Positions 56,425-64,000 of a stretch of DNA of 64,000 nucleotides are shown piece by piece; position 1 is the stretch's first letter, and the number at the start of each line of letters is the position of its first letter. The position numbers and the translations under genes are program-made. The notes under the pieces were generated by a model. The model was not told where the DNA came from. It saw only the letters and a list, made by a program, of their open reading frames with translations, and made no database searches. The stretch comes from Neodothiora populina (Eukaryota): the NCBI RefSeq assembly GCF_041146345.1, contig NW_027191408.1, forward strand, positions 310,001 to 374,000, read 5' to 3'.

Positions 56425-58279
56425 ATGAGCGGCTGTGAGTTTACTTCTTCTGCACTTTCGCCTGGGCGATCGCGTGCTTCGGCACAAGCACCTCCAGCAC
56501 GATTCTCCTGCCACTGCACAGCGAGTCAATCTGCACTGCGATCTGTCATTGAGATCCATTGACGACTGGCAGCGTGTCACAACGGCGTGAGAGAAAGCCT
56601 GGCTAATACCTGTTCCCATCCAGTACGCTTCCTCGACTTGGTGAAGCCATTCACACCCCTGATTCCCGAAATCGCTGTCCCAGAGACCAAGACTCCTTTC
56701 CAGCAGCGCCTGATATGGACTGGTGTCACTCTTCTTATCTTCCTGGTCATGAGCCAGATGCCTCTGTACGGCATTGTGTCATCTGGTACTACGGAAGCCC
56801 ACTCAAGAGGAGCGTCAACAAGAGCTGACAAAGTCTAGACACCTCTGACCCGCTCTACTGGCTCAGAATGATGATGGCCAGTAACAGAGGTACATTGATG
56901 GAGTTGGGTATCACCCCCATCATCTCCTCCGGCATGGTTTTCCAGGTGCGCAAGAACGAGCCCGGCATAGAAAAGCAACGTGGAAGACACATCTGACAAG
57001 CAGCACAGCTTCTTGCCGGAACCCACCTTATTGACGTCAACCTTGACCTCAAGACCGACCGTGAGCTCTACCAGACTGCTCAGAAGCTTCTCGCCATCAT
57101 TCTCTCTTTCGGTCAAGCCTGTGTCTACGTCCTCACCGGTCTCTACGGCCAGCCTTCTGATCTCGGCGCTGGTATCTGTGTGCTCTTGGTTGTTCAGCTT
57201 CTCACCGCTGCTCTGATCGTCATTCTCCTCGATGAGCTCCTCCAGAAGGGCTACGGTCTTGGAAGCGGCATCTCCCTTTTCATTGCCACCAACATCTGCG
57301 AGTCTATCGTCTGGAAGGCTTTCTCTCCCACCACCATCAACACTGGCAGAGGACCCGAGTTCGAGGGCGCCATCATCGCTCTTGTCCACCTCCTCATCAC
57401 CTGGCCCAACAAGCAGCTCGCTCTTCGCGAAGCCTTCTACCGCCAGAACCTGCCCAACGTCATGAATCTCTTGGCCACTCTTGCCGTCTTCTCCGCTGTC
57501 ATCTACCTCCAGGGTTTCCGTGTCGAGATTCCCGTCAAGTCTTCCCGCCAACGTGGCATGCGCGGCTCTTACCCCGTCCGTCTTTTCTACACCTCCAACA
57601 TGCCCATCATGTTGCAGTCGGCCCTTTCCTCCAACGTCTTCCTTGTCAGCCAGATGCTCTACTCGCGCTTCAGCGACAACCTCCTCGTCAAGCTCATCGG
57701 TGTCTGGGAGGCTCGTGAGGGTTCCGCTCAGATGCAGCCCATCTCTGGTCTTGTCTACTACATGTAAGGGCTTTGCCGATATCTCGGTGCATGCGACCAG
57801 TATCGAATATGCCGCTAATATGACATGCAGGTCTCCTCCACTTAACCTCAAGGACGCACTTCTCGACCCTGTTCACACCGCCCTCTTTATTGTCTACATG
57901 CTCACCGCCTGCGCCGCCTTCTCCAAGACCTGGATCGAAGTCTCTGGCTCCAGCCCCCGTGATGTCGCCAAGCAGCTCAAGGATCAGGGACTCGTCATGG
58001 CCGGTCACCGTGATGAGAGCATGTACCGCGAGCTCAAGCGTGTGATCCCCACCGCCGCCGCCTTCGGTGGTGCCTGTATCGGTGCTCTCTCCATCGTCAG
58101 CGATCTCGTTGGCGCGCTCGGTAGCGGAACCGGTATTCTCATGGCTGTCACGTAAGTTGAATGCACATGATGTCGATCAAGAGCAAATACTAATGCGGCG
58201 CAGCATCATCTACTCGTACTTTGAGATCGCGGCCAAGGAGGGTGACATGTCCGGCCTCAGAGGTATGGTTATGAGCTAG
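56425..58279 (+). CDS. SEC61: Protein translocon subunit Sec61 alpha; 6 exons
   Basis: [101 protein letters not shown]. Confidence 0.97.
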
Positions 58280-58482
58280 AGGGGTATATGATTCGGAAGA
58301 ATGTGAAGTAGTGTATGCTATATAAAAAGGGATTGAGTAGGAGTTTTGGTACAAAATGTCATGGCAGGCGAGGATATCGGGGCCAAGGCCAACCATGAAA
58401 CTCGGGGACGAGCCCCTGACGAATGGTCGAAGAGCCATGGAGCCCGCCCCACAAACACAGCTCATTGAGCTCGTGCATACAG

Positions 58483-59284
58483 GAGGCTGATGTATCCTCT
58501 GTAACTTGACCTATCTCACTCAATCACAAAGTCATGTGGAAATGCAAGATATGGGGGACAAGTGCCTTGGCCTCTGTCCCAGCCCACAACTAAGCCCTGG
58601 CGCAAGTGCAAGCAGAGGCAAAAGCAACTAAAGGTATAATACTCGTATAGCGTCGCCATGCCATGACATCCCGTACAGTGGCTCAGCTGTGCGGGGTTCA
58701 GATGGCCAAAGATTCGCGAGTGACGAACTTGTACTGTACTGTATTGTAGTATCGCAAGTGTCTCGGGATGCGGCGGTCCGACAAAGGGGAGCAGGCGCAC
58801 ACATGGAGAGCGTGGAAAAGAGGACTTGCATACAACGCAACCGGTATATCTGTGCTCTGGAACATGTACAAGTACCTACTTACAAATATTTCGCCAGCGG
58901 CAACGGGGGCCAATCGGTCGGTGTTGTCTCAAGTGAATCGGAGAATCGGAGCAACAGCACCCTTTAGTGAGTAAGGTAGTGTCAAGAGTGAGATTCATAG
59001 GTACAGAGCGGCGGAGATGGACGGGGAGACGGACAGGGCACGTGCGGGACGAGATATAGGGATAGAGGAGGCTGAGTCCCGCAATAAACGCAGTGGAAGA
59101 TGGTGCAACAGTGCCGAGGGCACAGAGGGGACACAGCAAAGGCACACGGACAGGGGGAGGGTGAAGTTGCTGCGTCTTTTGGCTGGGTCTGTCAAGAAGA
59201 TTGTTGCTGTACGCAAGAGATGGGGTGGTCTGCGAAGGTGGACTCTCGACACCACCGGCGCGATCGCAGCGCAGCAGAGGCTCA
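58483..59284 (+). promoter_or_regulatory. Crz1/CrzA-type calcineurin-dependent response elements upstream of calcipressin
   Basis: GTGGCTCA 58678 and GAGGCTCA 59277 match GNGGCKCA. GAGGCTG occurs at 58483 and 59068. All four are on the same strand. Confidence 0.5.
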
Positions 59285-59900
59285 GCACCAGAAAGTTCCG
59301 GACCCAAGAGTTGTGACACGGGCGACTGCCCAGACCGGAGGCTTGGCAATAGACTTGGGACGAACAGAAGCCGACTCCGCCGCAATAGGGCTCGGATGTT
59401 GGCGTTGGCATTGGCATTGTTTGGCGCGGCGAGCGGCGATTAGACAGTGTCAGCCGCAGCAGCATGGCAAAAGCAGAGAAGAGAGAGGGAGAAAGCAGAG
59501 GTGAGCTGCTTTTTGACGAGATACGTCAGCCAACGCGGACAGCCTGTGAGAGCGCAGGGCCCCGTCCGTCTCCCGCCTTCCGGATGTAGCGATAGCAGGG
59601 CAGTGCAAAGGTGGAGGAAGGACCACAGGCACCTTCTGTTTTAACACCACGATTGCATATATTATCTTTTCCTTGCTCCCTCATTCGTCTGTTTCTATAT
59701 CATCCTCAACTACACACACAATACCCATATTCAACACAGAGATTCAGCCCGTCGTCGCTCCGGAGTCGACATATCATCTTTCATCACCATCATCGTCAGC
59801 ATCGTCACTACATAACCACACTACCTTACTTTACTCCACATTCCTGAAGTTTAGTCCAGCAAGCCACTCCGGTAGTGTCAGCAGCCTTCCAACAACAACC

Positions 59901-60784
59901 ATGGCCGTCGAATTGTCTACTCCTCCTAGATCCCGCTCTTCTTCGGGCGCTTCATTGTCATCTCGCCGCATGCATTCTCCCAACCTGTCGCTGGATCTCA
60001 AGGATCTGCCGGCCTTGTCGACACCTTCTGCGCCGTCAAACACGCTTATCATTACGGTACGTCTACACGGTGCATTTCTCGGTGCATAAGTCAACATGAT
60101 ACTTATTGTTACATTTAGAATCTTGACGATCCCGCCATCTTCACCGCTGCAAACCTCGCCTCGATCCGACAAGCACTGGACGACCAGAACACGCTCTACT
60201 CCTTCTCGCCACTCAAATCCTTCCGCAGAATCATCTGTTCGTTCTACACCATCGAAGCCGCGACCGAGGTACGCCAGAAGCTTGACGGCGAAACCGTCCT
60301 CGGCCACCGTATCAGAGTCTACTTCGGCCAAGAGACAAAGCTGGTCGAGTCCGAAGATCAACATCTCAAGGCTCCTCACGCAGGCAAATTGTTCTTCATC
60401 TCCCCACCCCCTTCACCTCCCCACGGATGGGAAAGCAGAGAAGAAGAGCCTCCGAACAAGGACGTCCACGCCGACGACCTAGCAGCCGCTCTACACAGAC
60501 TCAACGCGCACTCATCGTCCAACGACGACCAACAGCAATATGACGCACAATCGCTGAAGCAAGCGGTGGAAGCAAACAGGAGACAGCGCAGCGATAGCAG
60601 AACTATCGTCTACCACCCGGGCGACCACGGCGACAGCCCTCATCTCCCTGCCATTGCAGTCGAAGATATGAGCGAGTCGTCCAGTCCAGTCAGTCCCACT
60701 TTTGGCTCAGCACCCAGCGTTCCACTGGACGCAGCGAGACCCATCACGCACACCGCTCGGCCTCCTGTCGAACTCATGGAGTAG
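59901..60784 (+). CDS. RCN1: Calcipressin / regulator of calcineurin (RCAN); 2 exons
   Basis: SNTLIIT/NL, PLKSFRRIIC, HLKAP (LxxP), FFISPPPSPP, PAIAVE (PxIxIT-like), THTARPP. Intron 60057-60118. Confidence 0.93.
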
Positions 60785-61290
60785 AGATTCAAAGATGCCT
60801 GGTCTTTTGTCATGTTTATTGTTTTCTTCCTCGGCTTTATGAGCATCAAGGCAATGGTTGGGTTAAGGGGATTCATGGCACAGGGGCATTATTATGGCGT
60901 TTCTGTTTGGTTCTTGGTCTTGTTATCTATATATACCTGTGGACGGAGAAAGCGATGAGTATGATTACATTGTTCTAAACCACTCCTTTTCCGATTGATT
61001 GGTCTCTCAGTGATAAGACGGTGGTCTGTCAGGCATCTCCATGCATGATACACGCTCTGACAATGGACCTGGTAGGTTGAACACACAACCATCGTTTTCA
61101 CACAAGTTCGCCTGATACTACACACGTCTTTTCTGATGCAAGTTGACATGATGGTCTGTTTCGTCAGTCTCCGAAGAGATGTTAAGCATTCATACATATT
61201 TACCTGTGTATATAAGGTAATCCAAGAAAGAAACAGAGTGTACGCATCTGATTGGCGCTGTTCATCCAATCAATGACAAAGAGAGACATT

Positions 61291-62583
61291 TTACTCGACG
61301 TAAGCGGTGAACATCTCCAGTCCATCTTTGGCGACGAGCTCGACCTCGGTGCCTTGCGAAATGAAGAAAATGTTTCCCTCCTTGATGGTCCACTGCTTGC
61401 CCTTGGCTTTGATGATGGCCTCGCCTTTTGTGGCAATGGCCGTCGAGGGACCCGAAACAGCCGCCAGAGTCTCCGAGTCGGTCTTGTCGAGCTGCGTGCG
61501 CGTCATGTTGAACTCGCTCATCGGCGGCTTGTACACGAGCGTCTTGCCGGATTTGCTGCCTTTGTAGGGCTTGGCGGGGAGCATGCAGTCTTCTGCCGTG
61601 TGAGGGGTGAAAGTCAGACAGGAGCAGAAGAGGTCGGCGGAGTTGCGCTCGGCAGAGGGGCAGAAGCCTGTGTTGAGCACGTTGTTGCTGCGCGCCATGC
61701 ATTCGATGATGTCGCCCGAGAGGTAGGCGTGGATGCCGTCCGCGGGGATGTAAATGCTCTCGCCGGGTTGAAGGACGAGGTAGTTCATTGTGATGAGGGC
61801 GACGACGAGGCCTGGATCGGTCTTGTCGTACTGGTCGGCAAGGCGTGGGATCATGTCTGGGATATAGGTATCTGATCCGAACGAAGACTTGTCGGTCTTG
61901 TGGAGAGCATCGACGGTCTTGCCGATCGTTGCATCTTCCGCGGTGAGCATCTGCTTGACGACATGCTTCAGAGTCTGGTCGTCGAATTTAGTGGATGAGG
62001 CGTCAGGGAGGTACTGCTTGAGAGGCTCGAGTTGCATCAGCTTGCTGATGGTGTCGACGGGCTTGAAGCCGCAGAAAGCCTCAAACTTGGTCAGGGCAAT
62101 GGCGATTTCAGGCTTGTGGTTCGGGTCCGTGAAGTTCTCCGGGTCCTTTTCGTGTAGCTTGCTGGCTAGATCTTTGTTTGGGTGAAGTTGTAGAGGAAGC
62201 GCCTTCGCAATGGAAAGGACCTTGGGTAGATAAGGAAGCTTCGCGTGGCCGAACTTGTCGATGACGTTCTTTCCGACCATCTCTTCTGCGTTCTTGTCGA
62301 TGACATCCTGTAGGTCCTGGCCATCCATAGTGTAGGAAGGTAACACGGGATAGGTTCCGAACCACCTTTTTCAGGTTAGTAAGGGATAACAGTAGGTGAT
62401 TTTGTGAGCTGCTCACATCTCGGCATAAGGCTTGCTCTCATCGAGCTTAAAGTCCTCATTGGGGCCCTTGCCACCCCAGCCAGGAGTCTTCTCGCATAAT
62501 GCAGCGGCGAGAGAATCTCTGCCTGTCTTGCCCCAAGGGTATTGGTTGCACGAGGCCTTTATTTGAAGAACGGGATCGACCAT
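61291..62583 (-). CDS. Mannose-6-phosphate isomerase, type I; 2 exons
   Basis: YPWGK, KPYAEM/WFGTYP, KVLSIAKALPLQLHP, DPNHKPEIAIAL, GIHAYLSGDIIECMARSNN. The Zn ligands Q, H, E and H are present. Confidence 0.92.
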
Positions 62584-64000
62584 TTTTTCTGATGTGTGTT
62601 GGTTGGGGTAAATGCAGTGGAGTCGAAAGACAGTATTTCAACTCAATTGGAGATGGTAACAGGATATAGAAAGTTTAGAACTGAACTTGATGCAACTGAA
62701 AATGGGAGCATAGGGTGTTTATAACGAGGCGACGGCCCCATCAATTGACAATAGAATGGAGACATTGTATGTGTGATCACAGTGATGATTTGTGATGTCA
62801 TATCAGAATGCGGGTCTACACCGCGGAGCTGCTGTCCTAGGGCGTTCCTTCGACCTACCTTACCTTGACACGAATGCTTGGTACCTGCATTATCATCATT
62901 CGCAAGCCCAGACTGTGCTTGGTGTGTTTGTGGCATTGTGAATCACGTCGGTGGATGCTGGGATTCATGATGGGAGATGCTCAGAGTGAGGCTCTGTGGT
63001 AGTGAGGGGAAAAGATAATCCAAATACTGTACGTGTTTGGGACGATTGCAAAGCAACATGAGTCGTGAGTTTCTAGAAGAGCACTAGAAGTTGAAACAAT
63101 CACCGAAAAGGGATATTCGAGTCGAGGTCGGAGCATGCAACACATGAGGTCCAATATGCTGCACCTTCGGCCGTTTGCAATGAAAGTGGCTCGGGTGCAT
63201 AAGAGCAACCTTGAAGGTAAGGTACCTTACCTTATGCTGAATGGTGAGGCTCGGGAAGACGTTGGGTCTTGGCAAATTCCCTGCAGGCACTAACGGGACA
63301 GCAATAAGCGACCGTGACTTGTGGTAGGCGATGCTCTAGTGGTGAATGGTACAACGAAGTAGGAATGGAAGCAGCAGACAAATCAGAGGGGCATATGCCA
63401 GCATAACGAAGAAGGCTACACGTACCAGATCTGTGAAATCACCAGCTGAGGCAAAGTCTTGTTCTCGGTCACAGCAAGTCAAAGAAATAGATAGATAAGG
63501 CTCGAAAAGCGGAAGCCGAGCTGATAATACAGTAATCCAACACGAGATACTAAAAGACACGGTACGGTGGCCAAGGGCAGCTGGCACTACTGTCCAGTAG
63601 TATAATTACGGTCTCCATAGAGGGTAAGCGTATCGCAGTAACGACAATAAGAGCCGTAGCAGCAGCCAGTGAGAGCGCCAAGTCAAGTGTACCCTGTTCG
63701 ACGCCTTTTACAAGTACTTTTGGTGTAATTGCACAATCTATACTGTACTTATTGCCTCTGTTCAGGAGCACTGAGCTTCCACTTTCCCTGCGCAGTAGCC
63801 AGTACTGTACCTTTAGCCAGCCAGGTGCAACGTTCCACACCCAACAACGTTCTCCCCTTGTAGCAGCGGATTGGAGTGAAGCAAGCTCTACTGTCTGTCC
63901 CCCCATCGGCCCAAGAGAACCAGAACTGTTGCTTTGCGCGCCGACTGCGCACAATCAACTGATCCCCGTCGTCCCTTTTCCCTCCCCCTGGGACTTGACC

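Noticed and set aside
58876..59504. Several 130-170 aa overlapping ORFs upstream of calcipressin
   Set aside because: They have no recognisable domain and have promoter-like composition. They are likely chance ORFs in GC-rich DNA.
62600..64000. Possible gene at the right end of the window
   Set aside because: Only short ORFs without recognisable motifs or a consistent splice pattern.

Overview
Eukaryotic genomic DNA from a filamentous ascomycete (Pezizomycotina). The basis is short GT-AG introns with CTRAC/CTAAY branch sites, a homocitrate synthase, and fungal-type Ppo, ADAM and calcipressin genes. The window is gene-dense core genome with about 25 mostly intron-containing genes. They include TSC13, a linoleate diol synthase-type DOX-CYP fusion, RPB3, a mitochondrial AAA ATPase, an ADAM protease, PRPP synthetase, a WDR62-like WD protein, acetyl-CoA synthetase, a DUF3431 protein, RPS6, a divergent sugar transporter/GH51 arabinofuranosidase pair, BET4, an AMA1/Cdc20-family APC/C activator, homocitrate synthase, ATE1, a DDP1-like Nudix hydrolase, MSF1, DIC1, SEC61, calcipressin and phosphomannose isomerase. 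I found no tRNA, rRNA, transposon or CRISPR. The most interesting signals are at the RNA level. (1) An apparent non-canonical AT-AC intron (43652-43700) is the best way to rebuild the conserved PFRVLDAP motif of the AMA1-like gene. (2) A compact three-way-junction RNA structure in ATE1 intron 1 buries a strong, frameshifting alternative 5' splice site. (3) The transporter/GH51 pair shares a promoter carrying XlnR/AraR-type and CreA-type motifs. All gene models were assembled by eye and all names rest on recognised motifs, not database searches.
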